Below are positions 12,370-25,670 of a DNA stretch of 64,000 nucleotides, piece after piece (positions within the stretch are counted from its first letter, which is position 1; the number at the start of each line of letters is the position of its first letter). Source of the stretch: Camelus ferus (taxonomy: Eukaryota); the NCBI RefSeq assembly GCF_009834535.1, contig NC_045697.1, positions 20,586,001 through 20,650,000 of the forward strand. Direction: 5' to 3'. The translations under genes and the position numbers were made by a program. The notes beneath the pieces were generated by a model. It was given only the letters and a program-made list of their open reading frames with translations. It ran no database searches and had not been told where the DNA came from.

Positions 12370-13425
12370 TAGTGTGGGCTGAAGGCTAGGCCTCATGGTT
12401 AAGTGGGCTGCTGATTTTGCTTCCTTTTGGACCAAGTCACTGGCTGGGCTGTTTGGTTGGAGGGGCCGCCACCTGTAACCAGCACACGGGTGGGACCAGA
12501 GATGGTGTGCTTGGACGGGGTCAGTGTCTCGGGCTCCCTTATCACGTGGAGCTGTAAGCTCTGCTCTGTGACTGGACTGGGTCACTGCCTGGGCTCCTTG
12601 CCTGAGCAAGGCTGCAGACCGTGTTCAACAATCAGGCAATGTCTAGACTGGGCTCTGCAGCTGGGTGGTACTGTAGGCTGGGTTCCAAGGCCATCCAGGG
12701 TCACTGCTAGGTGTCCCTTGTTGTGTGGGGCCCCAGAATACCTGTCACAGCTGGGCAGGACTGCTGGCCTGGCACTCTGCTTTGGGATGATGAGCTCCAA
12801 GGCTGTGGGGGTTCTCTGATTGAGCTTCCTGGTCATGCAGCACTGGGGACAATATTCAGCAGTAGGAGGGGCTAGTTAATTGCTTTCCTCCCTGGGCAAT
12901 ATCAGAGCATGGATTCTGGCTGATGACCCAAACCAGGCAGACCTGTGCATTAAGCTTCCAGGCAGAACAGGTCACTGGCTTGGATCTCCTGGCTGGGAAC
13001 TCAGCTGGGGCACAGTTTTTCAAGGAATAATGCTCTTTGCCAACATCTGAGTATGGGTGGCTGTAATCCCTGCCCCACCCTTCTCTGTTTCTATCTGATC
13101 CTCAGTGGTCAAGCCTGGCAGATTTCCCCAATGATCCCTGTGAAGGGAGACCCAAGTGGGCCACCTTGGAATTGCAGGAGCTGGGTGTCCATCTTGCATT
13201 ATTTTTCCAACTAGAGAAACCCTAGATCCAGCCTTGGGGATGGACAATGTGGTCAGTGTATCTACTCATTCGCTTTTCTAATGCTGCCCTTCTAGGTCTC
13301 TGTGGCTCTGGGATTGCTTCAACCTGGCAGTAGCCAGTTTCTGAGATTTTTACATACATGTCTTATTTATGGGTAGTTGATGACTGGTCTTCTTGTGGTG
13401 GGGACAAAAGTCGGGAATATCCTTG
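12370..13425 (-). mobile_element. L1M (L1M3/L1M4/L1MB-type) GC-rich 5' UTR
   Basis: 'gtcttatttatgggtagttgatgactggtcttcttgtggtggggacaaaagtcgggaa' matches the antisense 5' end of old L1M elements. Confidence 0.7.
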
Positions 13426-13499
13426 AAGATTTCATTTTTATCCATTTTTCCCCTTTATTTTCCACACAGTATTCTCATTCTCTATTGATAGAAATCATT

Positions 13500-13690
13500 T
13501 AATTAATGAATATCTAGCTCAGCTCATTTTTCTATTAAATCTTCCTTGTAGACTCTGTCCACATTAGATCCCTTCCAGTTCCATGAGGTCCAGGAATGTG
13601 TTCTTTTCTGTGCAATGTTATATTCTCAAAGGCAAATACAGTGGCTAATTCATACTGAATGTTCACTGAATATTACTGAATTGATGCTTT
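13500..13690 (+). mobile_element. L2 3' fragment
   Basis: 'agttccatgaggtccaggaatgtgt...gaatgttcactgaatattactgaattga'. Confidence 0.55.
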
Positions 13691-14430
13691 CAATAGATTG
13701 AAAATGAAGTGTTCTATAAAGAGAATTTTCCTCAACCTTTTGAGAAATAAAATCTCATGCTTTATAATACGTTAAAGTAAAACATAATGAGGAATAAATT
13801 AGCAAATAGATTTTCCACTTGAATGTAATAAATTTAGTAGTTAAAAATGATAATTGGATATCAGTAATGACTGGTTAGCAAATCTGTAGCAAAAGAAAAA
13901 TCAGCTTTGAAATTCCTTATGGCCAAAAAACTTTACAAATATTTTCATTTAATACATTTTTAAATTCCTCTTAAACATATATTATGAAAGGAAATTTAAA
14001 TCCAAGTATTTTTTTCTTGAACACCATCATCTTCCTGTCTACTATTCATCTATTTTCTACAGACATGTCTCCGTTAGTTAATTAAGGTGATATCAATGCT
14101 TAGGGGGGAAAAGAATAAAAGGAAAAAATGAACAAAAGAGAGAAATCATAAAAGAAATTGAGAGAAAGAGAGGGAACGTCATGCATTTTACACTATTTAC
14201 TTTTTTAAAAAAAAGTTTACTGTATCTTACTAGTTACAGCTTATATCATTTTCTTTACTAATTTAAAACATTCCTTTTATGACTATCTTTCCAGAAAACA
14301 GATGCCAATGATGTAAAATCAACAATAACCCAAGGGTTAAATTGTTTTTAAAAAACATAGAGCTCTTAATACTAAGTACTGTCATATTTTGTATGATCTT
14401 TTGATGTCATTATGAATCTATTTATTGATA

Positions 14431-14483
14431 AGAAACATTTAATTCAAGAGAAACATTTAAATTCAAGAGAAATAATTTAAATT
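14431..14483. repeat. Short tandem repeat, 18-19-bp unit, about 2.8 copies
   Basis: agaaacatttaattcaag / agaaacatttaaattcaag / agaaataatttaaatt. Confidence 0.85.
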
Positions 14484-17304
14484 ACTACCTGACATACTAG
14501 ATCACACTAATCTGGAAGCACATGGAACAACTGCTAGTAATAATAGTCAATCAAAGTTGTGTTACAAAGGATTGCAAAGTGATTCATGCCTAAATGTCTC
14601 GGCAAATTCTCAAAAGCTCTGATTTTTTTGCAACATTTTCCCATACAAGTATATAATCAATAGTCAAATTATTTTCCCAAGGAAAGTGAAATATGAAGGC
14701 CTAGTTTTTCACTTAATCTAACTTTAGATTAAATCTCAGATTTGAAATACAAACTTTTAAAAAGAACTGTATATGTAGACATATAACAGTTTATAAATAT
14801 AGTCATCTTTACTGTAGCCAAATATTTTTATGGTCATTTATTTTTTAATCCTACCAAAACCAAAACAAACAAATAAAAAAAGTGATTTCTACAAACTGTG
14901 CCTGTAAAATTTTTGCCATAAAGGGAAAGATAAAAAATGCTTGTGTTCTTAGAAATAATGTTCAAGTTCAGTTGATATTATCATGATCTCCATAAACTAA
15001 ATCAGAAGTAGTGTCCAAATATGTTTACATGACTTTGTTTTGGCATAGGCATACTAAAATACTGGATATATGCCCCCTTCACCATCTGACACCCACGACT
15101 GTCAACACAAAAAACATAGAAGATCACCAGTAAAACATCATTATGCAAAAATCATGAAAATATATAACTTTAGCTATAATCTCATGTGAGATGTATTTTT
15201 TATGAGAATTGACTATAAGTGATTTGATTCATTGAGTACTCACTTATAATATCTTAATCAAGATCACTTTAATCATCGTCTTCTTTTTAAGGGAGCAAAT
15301 ACCTAGATCATCTCATCTGTCCAACTGTCATGAATTTTCAAGAGGCGGAACTTTAAGGATCTAATGATAGAAATAAAAGTGTATGACAAGATCAAGTAAA
15401 AACATAAATGGAGATCCCTGGAAGTGTGGTTGTCTCTTCTATTCCTGGCAGGATTATTTACATTTTAGTATCTTTTTCATCAATATTGCCTTCATGGCAT
15501 CCATTCTGAAGAAAATGATCAATCCTGCTAGAGTAGAAATAAATTGTATCCTTGAGCTCTCTGAATTTTTATTTTACACTCATGGGTGCCTCTGACGATA
15601 CCTTCCACTTTTACAATCCAAAATATGATTGCTCTTTCCATGGCAAAATCAACCATATTATAAGAAACAATAGGAAAACATACTTATCAACTACCAATTC
15701 AATGATGATAAAATTTGCAGTGTAAATTTCTGGTCAAAGTTTTTTTTTTTCTCCTAAATTTTGCTATTCTGATTTTATGAACATTTGCTTAAGTGTCTAC
15801 TAATGAGGGATAGTGTGTAATATGAGGTATGCTTAAATTTTAGTATCATAGGCATCTACTTTTTACCTTTTCCCAAGAACTTCATTCTTAGTATCTTGAA
15901 CATAATATGAAATGCTTGTTAAAGAAGAACTTAACAGACATTATTTTTTAAAATAGTGCTCAGAATAGCATTCCTCTTTCAGCGGACCTACAAGCTGTGT
16001 TGACAGTTTGAATACCCAGGCCATTAATTAATTCTGCTTTATCTGTAAATTGACAAGCATTCAATTATCTATGCTTCATCAGATGTCACAGGTTGTCTTT
16101 ATTTTAAAGTTGATTCATTTGTGTTTATGAACGATTTTGCTTTATGATGCACTGTCATATTAACAGATGGCAGATGTAGTTGGCAAGTAAGTCTTCTTGA
16201 TTCCACTCATCTCTTCCTCTTTTGAGTACCTCCTTGATATCTTGTACCACTAGTGCTCATATCTGGTATTCCCTGTCTGCCGAGTACTCAGGCAAGTTCG
16301 TATATTCCCTGTCCTATTACCATTGCTTCATTGCACTGGCCTTCTGTTACAGAATCTCTTTCCACCTGCTTTATCATGAATGCTCTGCTAAATAATGATT
16401 TTTCGATGTACACAACTCTCTTTATTCTTCCTCTCTCCCCGTCTTTCAAATTAAAAATTCTCATGACCCAAAGATTCTATAGCAGTATAATTCCCATTCT
16501 CTTTGTTCCTAGATTATACCAATGTCTATATCTTAATATTTGAGTAAAATGGTTTAATACATATCTTCTGCCTGCTAATTAAACCACACTTACCTTTTTC
16601 TGTAATTTTTTTTACCCTTTCATTTTTTCTTTTGTTGTTGTGTACTGCTCCTTCATAATTAAAATTTGCTTATTTTTTTAAACCCAGAATGCCTTTTTTT
16701 CCAATTGGTTAAGATAAATAACTCTTTCTACTCAAGCGTCGCTTCAGTCTCACTTCACCTCATGATGAGTTGTCTTCATCTTAGGGTGACCATGCGCATC
16801 TTTAAAATCTGCTAAGGAGGCTCTGCTAAGGATGGATACATTTTATTTGGGTCTAGATGGATATTCCCATGGTGTTGCAATCACGTCTGTGACTAGTACT
16901 TCTAGCAATAACTAGTATCTCTAGTAGAAAGACTTCAGGAGTTTTTCGATAATTATGCAAAACTGGAAATCCCCTGAAAATGTTCTGCAAAACTAGGATC
17001 TAAATTATGTAAAAATGGAAGGGGCAGAAGAGTTAAAATTAAAATTGGAGCAGAAGCTGACTTGTGTGAAATTTGTGTAATCATCAGATGTATAAATGTT
17101 AAGAGGAGATTTGTTTCCCTTCAACAAGTCAAAACAGTAGCTCTTCCCCGTCATCAATATATTCAACTATTCAGCCTTTTCTTAAGAAGTCCGCCATTAC
17201 GTTTTATCACCAACTGTCCCTAAAACAATTGGATTCAACTCTTCCTACACTGTTTTCTTTTTTTTTACTGAATAAATTGCCAATATTTTAAAGTAAAGCA
17301 TGAT

Positions 17305-17827
17305 TTTTATATACCCATAGCATATTTGAGCCATTTTAAAGTATATAATTCAATGGCATTAGGTATTTGCAAAACTTGGAAACTGAAATTCTGTCTGCAT
17401 TAAAGAGTAACTCTGAATCCCCTCCTCCTTCCAGAATCATTATTCTATTTACTGTTTCAATGTATTTAACTACTCGAATTACCTCATATGGGGGAAGTCA
17501 TATAGTATTCACCCTTTTGTTACTGGCTTCTTTCATTTAGTTTAATGTCTTCAAGATTCATCCATGTTGGGGCATGTATCAGAATTTCCTTCCTTTATAA
17601 AGGTGAATAATATTCTATTTCATGTATATACCACATTTTACTTATGCATACCTGTCAATGGACACGTGTTGCTTTCACCTTTTTGACTATTGTGAATAAT
17701 GCTGCTATGCATATTGGTGTATAACTGTTTGAGTCCATGTTTTCATAATTTTAAGTATATATGCAGAACTGGAATGGCTGGATCATGTGGTAATTCTGGT
17801 TTTAGTTGTTTGAGGAATTACCATACA
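17305..17827 (-). mobile_element. L1MB-type 3' UTR
   Basis: 'ccattttaaagtatataattcaatggcatt...caagattcatccatgttg...tatcagaatttccttcc...gctggatcatgtggtaattct'. Confidence 0.88.
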
Positions 17828-20800
17828 AGATGATTTTTATAACAGAAAAATTTCTGCTTTCTACTGGGAAAAAAATCTGAAAGTCTAGGAAGACTAGAGT
17901 TCTCTTTCTGGAACGACCAGAGACTCAAGTATCTCTGAGGTTCTTCTGGAGCCAAAAGGATGCTCAGTCTATCATGAAAGGTGTGAGTTCCTCATTTAGC
18001 CACAGATCCCTTTTCTACAACATTCAACTGCATCCTTTGCTTGTCCCTTAGTGGTACGTATTTTTGGGACCCCTGGCCTAGAGCTTAAGAGCTTAAGAGG
18101 ATCTACACAAAAGAAGTGATAAGAGAGAGAGTAGGAAGGAGGAAAACACCAAATACAAACGTGCTGCTGATGGACTAGAGCCTGCCTCATTACTTAGGTC
18201 AAAATCAAGAAGGGAACAGAACTACAAGAACAGGTAAAAGATTAAAAAAAAATGTGTATAAGAGAAATAAATAATGGAGTTGACTGAGAATCATTTATGA
18301 ATATGAATGAGTCTGAGTTGTCATGGTTTAGTTAACTAACACCATTATCCCTCAGGAACATGGTTCAAATTTCAGTTTTCAAATTAACTGTAAATAACTG
18401 TGTAAAGTACAAACTTTGTTACTTGGTTCTGAGTCCACAAAATGCCTCAGACTTAACAGACATACAGTGTAATCAGTGACCAATTATGTCACTTCTTTCA
18501 AATGCTGGCAGTGATGGGTCGCTGCACATCTGTTACTCAGGGCATGCACGGAGAGGAAAGCATGTCATTGTGTTACCTCTCCGTCTTCCAGTGGTAAACC
18601 AACATCACATGCCATTTTGTAAAATGAGATAATTGAAAGAGAATTGGCCATCAGAGATGAAAATGCATTGTATTTGTGAATTTAAGGATTTTCTGGTTAG
18701 CTCTGGTGCCAGATTTCTAAATCTAAGTGGAAATAGCAAGATGACTCTGCCTACAGAAAGTAAGGTTAGGTCTGCCCTGTAGTCTAATCACAGGAAGAAT
18801 ATACATTCTAGTTAGAAATTTCAAAGCACTTGGAAACTCTGCAGTGAGAATTTTCAATGAGACAGCGATGTCTTTAATGACAGTCAGGGTGAGATTTCAC
18901 AAACCACAGTAGTTTGAAGGAGGAAGCATTAATGTTCTAGTGACAAAGTTGATAAAGTCATCTCAGCCCTGTAAACATTAGAGACAATTTAATGATTCCC
19001 AATCATCTTCTTCCAGCTGGATTACTCCGTAGACTTTAGAACATATTCAAAAACAGCTTCCTGCCTGATGAAGACTTTATATGCTATAAATCAAGACAAC
19101 AGATATTTCAACGACAGACGAGACAGCAACCAGAGGTGACAATGCCCAGCCAAGCAGACACAAAACACAAATGTGTCCAGTTTTCATAACAGAAATTTGT
19201 TTCTTCACTAGCATCCTCAACACTGGGGATGTGATGAGAGGTGACACAAACAAGGGTAGTGAATCAGAATTGATGTTTGTCAAGTAAGAACAGAAAAGAG
19301 ATACACTAGATAAGCTTTTGGCACTTACACTTAGAATTTGATGTGGAAGCATTGTGCTGGGAGGTGGAGAAAGAGGAATGAATATATTGAGAAAGGATGT
19401 GAATATGAATGGTTGTGCCATCAGTACAGCGACATAATTGCTAGTTTGGGGATCACTCCTCTGTATATGTTAGTGATGATTTGATTGATAGCGATAACAC
19501 AAATGAAGGCATTAAATATTGAATCCCTATGTGGGTCACCTCTCTCTCTCTTTCACACACACACAGAGGCAAACATGCACAAAACTATACTTGAATGAAG
19601 ACCGAAACTCTGTTCATAATATTCGCATTCATGTATCTTTGTGTATAAAAACTCTTATTTATACTATATCACCTGTGAATAGCATTATTTGAAAGGAATA
19701 CACATATTTCATAATAGCAAAAGATGAATTTTTTTATTATTCAAACCTAAAAATGAATGTAAGGAATCTGAAAAAGTACTGACAGGATTGGTGAAATTAT
19801 TACTGAAACAAATGTGATATTATTAATGGAATAATATTAGTTTTTTTCTCAAATATTAACCCTGAAATCAGGAAAGTTAAAAAAAAAATGTTTTTCTAGG
19901 TCCATTTGATCTTGGCTTAATGCTGCTATATTAATGATCTGTACCTGGTTTAAATGAAAATATAATGTTACTGTTAAGGTATTATTTTGTGTATAGATTA
20001 CTTTTACCTATACTGATATATTTGAGAAATAGCTAATTTAGGGAGCTAACAGAATGCATGATTGGATCATTTTTTAAAGAAGAAGTGTGACTATAAACAA
20101 CAGAAGATCAGTTGATGTGTCAGATGGATAAAAGCCCTAAGGGAAAGAACATTGGATTAGTACTATACAAGATAAATCTTGAAATTATATTAAATAAACA
20201 AAATTCCTCTTTGGCTGAATGTGAATTATAGTGGAGCTATAAGTGTATTTTCAATTCCAGATAACTGAAATAGTTTTTAGGCCATTGAAGTTCAGCAAAC
20301 CACCACACTCTTATTCATTGTTTGACTTTGTATCACAATGACCAGGATTTAGGCTGCCTTAACTTAGGTGAAATTTGAGACAATTATCATGAGTTATATA
20401 TAAATCATCTGACATCATAATATGCCTCATCTCCTTTACCAATATTTCTCTTTCCAGTATCCCTGCTAAAATGGTCTCAAAGACTTTGGGATCTTATCTA
20501 GCTCAAAGTCCTCCCTACAAAATGGCAGACCTTACTATCAAGGGCCATATTTCAGGGATTTTCTGGATGCCCTGAATGGAGACTCTCACATATGGGGCAG
20601 TCTCAGAACATGTCCAAGTCAAAAGAACACTGACTGGCCAGTCAAAATAATTTCAAAATATGTTATTTTCTTGCATACCTTCAAATCTGTGAAAATTCTA
20701 TAGCAATGTCTCTTAAAATTTCTCATGGTTCTATTGCATTCATGTTTCCCCTAGGTCAGAGCAGCATACATCTTCATCTACTCCAGCCCAAACTCTTTCT

Positions 20801-21679
20801 GGGCAGTAGTAATAGATTATCTTATGTCTGCTACCATCTTACATCACATTCACTGCCTTCATGAAGGGGTCCACCTAGTACCTAGTCCAGAATCTTTATT
20901 CCACCACAATCTGTGTCTTATTCCATATGACCTCTCCATTTTACTTTAAAATGTCAAAAGTAGCTCAAATAAAACATTAATTCAATAATGGGCATTGATT
21001 GAATGTCAACTGAGACATCTCCCAGATAAGAAAATGCCTTATTCAACAAAAATGAGTTCTAGGGTGAAATTTTTGCAGTGTGTGGTTTTAAACTATTTTG
21101 TAACAAGTTCTAAGACAGAGGCAGACATATATTCCATCTATGCAGAGCACTTTCCTTGGTTCTTTTGGAATAATAAACATGTAAGACAGCAACAGAGTCT
21201 CAGGAAACATTTTCTCTACAGGAAGTATGTTCTGAGCTCTATAAGTGTATAGGGCCAGAAGGAAAAGGACAGAATGATTTTAGAAATTGAAATAAGTTAA
21301 GTATAGTATGGGAGAGGAAAAGTGATGGGAGCAAGAGCAAGAGTGAGATAAATAAATCAATATATATACTGATAATTGTGTTCAGTATGATATTTCATGA
21401 CTATTCAATTCAAAACATCTATTCCATTCTATGGGGAGACAAAATTCAGAATATTTAAGAGACTGAGCCAAAGATAAAGTTAGTGAGGGAGATGGTATTC
21501 ACAGAGGTTGCTATCCCTCATATACAACTATAAGAGTAAATCCTCAACACTTTATTTAATTTGCCTGGATAATTATTTGACATTTAATCTGAATTCTTGG
21601 TAAATACAGGGTAACCCTATTGCACCTTAGGCCCTACTTTTACTACTAAAAAACATTGGACAAAACACAATCAACTAGT

Positions 21680-24565
21680 ATATGAAAACTCTAAAAGCTT
21701 GAAAGAAGAGAGCAGACTATGTAAGGACCTCAGCACGTGAAGAGTGAAACAGCAATCAGCCCAATAATTACTGGCCTCACATTTCTCTTCTGGAAAAAGG
21801 AATTCCAAAAGTTTCCAATCTGGAACATCCAATAGACATAGAAAAAATGTCTCCAGGAAAAGCCTCTTTCTCGTAGCCAAAGAAAGGAGGAAATACTCAC
21901 TCTATTCCAGCCAAACATCAACAGATAATGTGCACCTTCACTTTGAGGTATCAGCAGGGCTGAACAGGCAGCTGGTCCTCCAGCCCATTCTCCTGCCTTG
22001 CAGAAGCAGGGGACGATGCTCCAAATCTTCACCTGGTGGTAGCTCTCAGCAAGCAGGAAGCGAACCTTCCATACTTTGCTTAGTGGAAACAGGTAGAGCT
22101 CTGATTCTTCTGCCAGGGTATCTCACAGAGTTCAAAGTCTGAACAAGGAAGTGTAAGTTGGGGCTTTTTAGTACTCCAGATTCCCTTTTGCTGGAGTGGT
22201 GTCAACAGATGAACATCTATCTTCACCAGGACCTGTGCACTGCAGCTAAACATGGTAGCTTCCTGCAAATTAGTAGAATTTCATAACATGATACTCAAAA
22301 TATCCAGGGTACAATTATCAATCACTCATCATAACATGAACCAGGTCAATCACACCCTGAAATGAGAAAATAAATCAGCATAATACAATACTGAGATGAT
22401 GCAAATGTTGGAATTACTTGACAAAAATTTTAAAGTAAAATGTTTCTCTAGCAATTATAGACACTCTTGCAACAAGTAAAAAATATCTATATACATTTCA
22501 TATCTATCCATGTCTATCTGTCTATAAAAGTTTTAGGTAAGAAATAGAAATTTTAAAGAAGAATCAGATGGAAATCATAGAAGAGAAAAAATTACACACA
22601 CACACACAAAATCTTGCTAGATGTGTTCCATAATAAAGTTGACAGAGATAAAATTAGTGAACTTGAAGATAGATCAGTAGAATTTACCCCATCTGGAAAA
22701 CAGAGTAATAGATTACAAAAAGAAGACAATGGAGTGGGACCTGTGGGACAATAACAAAAATAACAACATTCCAATAATTAGAATCTCAGGAGTAGAGACA
22801 AGAGAGAAGAGGGAGTGGGGCTAAAAATGTGTTCAAATAAATAATAGCTGAAAACTTCCTGAATCTGATAAGAGACAGAAACCTACAGATTCTAAAAGTT
22901 CAGTGAATTCCAAGTAGAGTAAACCTAACAAGGTCTACACCAAAGTATGTCATAATTAAGCACATCGTAGTACATCAGAATACTATCTGATGTATTCAGT
23001 GCATGCAGTAGAAACATTAAAGACGATTTACTTGAAAAAAGCAGGAGAATTTAAAAAAAAAGAAAAAAACAGGAGAATAAAAAGGCCTCAATAGATGTAC
23101 ATTTTCAAGTTTCTTTTGAAAGGGTTAATTGTGTATGCATACTGTATTGTATAAACTAAACTCTAAAAACTTATAATAAGCAATATACTCAAACACACTA
23201 TAAATAAATGAAGATAGAATTCTATAAAAATGAGTAAACCACAAGAAAGTAAGAGAAAAAGAGGATTTTTGAATCAGAGAAAGCAAACAAAAGAAACAAT
23301 ATAAAATATCAGTTTAATTAACACAATAATTATCTAAATGTTTATTAATGATTATCTAATGGAACAATAATTATCTAAAGTGCAAGTGATCTTCACCAAT
23401 TAAAACACAAAGATTGACAATTGGCAATGTGGTTAAAATATAATGAAACAGGTAGGTTTGAAAGTAAAAGAATGAAAAGAGATATGCCATGTAAAAATTA
23501 CTTTAAAAAGTGACTATATTATTATTAGATGAGGTAGACTACAGAGCAAAGAAAATCACTAAAGACAAAAAGAGACATTACATAGTAATAAAAGAATCAG
23601 TCTACCAAGAAGACATAACAACTTTCAATGTTCAAACAATACAGCCACAACATGTATAAGTCAAAATCTGCTAAAGATGGAAGGAGAAATTGACAAATTT
23701 TCATTTATAGTTTAGTATTTCAACACTTCACTTTCAGTAATTTATAGAACTAATAGATAGAAAGTTATCAAGGGTATAGAATTGAATAACATGACGATCC
23801 AAAAGGATCTAATTGATATACTAGAACCCTTCATTCAACAATAGCAGAATGAACATTTATTTTCAAACACTCATGGAATACTTACCAAGATAGATCACAT
23901 GCTGGATGTAAAACAAAACTCAACAAGTTTAAAAGAATTGCAATCATACAGATTATTGTCACTGATCATAAAATAATTAAACTAGAAATTGGCAATAGAA
24001 ACATAACAAGAATTCTACAAACACTTGGGACATTTGGCAATACAGTTATAATAAATCCATACATCAAAAAGGAAATCTAAAAAAAATTAAAAATACAGAG
24101 AACTGAATAAGAATGAAAATAGATTAACATATGTAGAATGAAGCTCAGAGGGATATTTTTACTGCTAACTGCTTACATTACAAAAGAGAAAAGATCTTAA
24201 TCTAAGTTTCTATCCCAAGAAACTAGAAAAAAAAAAGTGCAAAATAAATACAAAGCAGATAGAGAAAAGGAAATAATAAGAATAGATATAAGTGAAAGTG
24301 AAATATGAAAACAATAGAGATATTAATGAAACCAAAAGCTGGTTCTTTGAAGAAATCAGTAAAAGTAAAGATCCTCCAGACAAACAAAAGACTGACAAGG
24401 ATAAAAAATAAATAAAACGAGAGAAGACATAAGTCACCAATATAGAACATGAACTGAGGCTGTCACTTCAGATCTTGCATCCATGAAAATAGTAACAAGG
24501 GAATACTACAAATAATTTTGCAACCATACATTTTACAAATTAGACAAAATGGACTGATTCTTAAA
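21680..24565 (+). mobile_element. Old L1 (L1MC/L1MD-type): 5' UTR, decayed ORF1 and ORF2 endonuclease region
   Basis: A-rich sense L1 with 'agtgaacttgaagatagatcagtaga', 'aatagctgaaaacttcctgaatctga', 'caacaatagcagaatgaacatt' and 'aatgaaaccaaaagctggttctttgaa'; many stops and deletions. Confidence 0.88.
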
Positions 24566-24752
24566 ATCTGAAAGGTTCATCCTATGGTGCCTGACAATAA
24601 ATTATTTCAGCACTCAGTATATGTCAATCTGAATTTTTCTTTTCTCAGAGATAATAGTTTCTATCTCATAAGATTGTTATGATCATAAAAATGAGAAGAT
24701 ACATGTAGAGCACTAGAACAGAGCATGAGAGGGCAAGGCTCAAAAAATGGGT

Positions 24753-25073
24753 ATCACTTGTATGTGGCATCTAAAAAATAAAGCAAACTAGTGAATATAA
24801 CAAAAAGGAAAAATACTCACAGATGATAGAGAACAAACTAGGGGTTACCAGTGGGTAGAGGGAAGAGGGTAGAACATGATAAGGGTAGGGGCTTAGGAAG
24901 TATAAGCTAGATCTATAAAATAAATAAGCTACAAGAGTATGTTGTACAACACAGGGAAGATAGCCAATATTTTATAATAACTATGAGTGGAATATAACCT
25001 TTAAAAATATAAATCACTGTATTGAACACCCATAGCATATAATATTGTACATCAACTATATATCAGTTAAAAA
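24753..25073 (+). mobile_element. L1_Art-like (cetartiodactyl) L1 3' end
   Basis: 'atcacttgtatgtggcatctaaaaa...agagaacaaactaggggttaccagtggg...tataaaataaataagctacaag...tacaacacagggaagatagccaatattttataataacta...tgtacatcaactata'. Confidence 0.85.
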
Positions 25074-25089
25074 TTAGTGGACAATCAAA

Positions 25090-25670
25090 AAAAAGTATCA
25101 TTAGCTAAATATAAAATTATTAGTTGACAAGGCAAGAAAAGAACATTGAGATATCTTGGAGGTAACAATTGCAGGAAAGAGCTGTTACTCTCAGAGCTCA
25201 AATAAACAAGGTAGAAACTGAAATTATTCAATCTCAGAAGCTTAGAGGAAGACCCCTGTGGGACTGAAACTCCAATAACTAAGGAAGGTGTTGTTGGAGT
25301 TTCTGCATAATAGGTCTGGCTCTGCAAGTGCTGGGAAAATGGCAACATGGATTTAGCTACTATTATGAGAAGGAACTGCTTTATAAGAATAAAGAAGTAT
25401 TTATTGGGTAATGCTCACAAGTTCTGGAAGCTCACAAGAAGAAATGAGTATTTTCTTCTCCCTGCAAACCTGTAGTCACTCCATACCACCATCTATTTAG
25501 AGAGTTTAATAAAAGCCTGCTTTTGGCAAATCAGAAATGTGGCTTGCAGATTATGGATTGCAATTCAGATTATGATTTGGAGTTCAGAGACAAAAATGTA
25601 ACAGCTGGCACCATCCCTTTAGCTACTCAGCATCCATATATATCCTCTTCACATAGTTGAACTTCCTAAC
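25090..25670 (-). mobile_element. Ancient LTR (LTR78/LTR33-like) with short adjacent internal sequence
   Basis: Minus strand starts 'tgccagctgttac...tgtctctgaactccaaatc...ctgcaagccacatttct..tttgcca'; flanking 'cccttttagctactcagcatccat' resembles an ERVL/MaLR internal 3' end. Confidence 0.6.

Noticed and set aside
11102..13247. Cluster of longer overlapping ORFs (up to 130 aa)
   Set aside because: They lie in GC-richer LTR, leader and L1 5' UTR sequence where stops are rarer; the real gag remnant is in a broken frame not listed in the track
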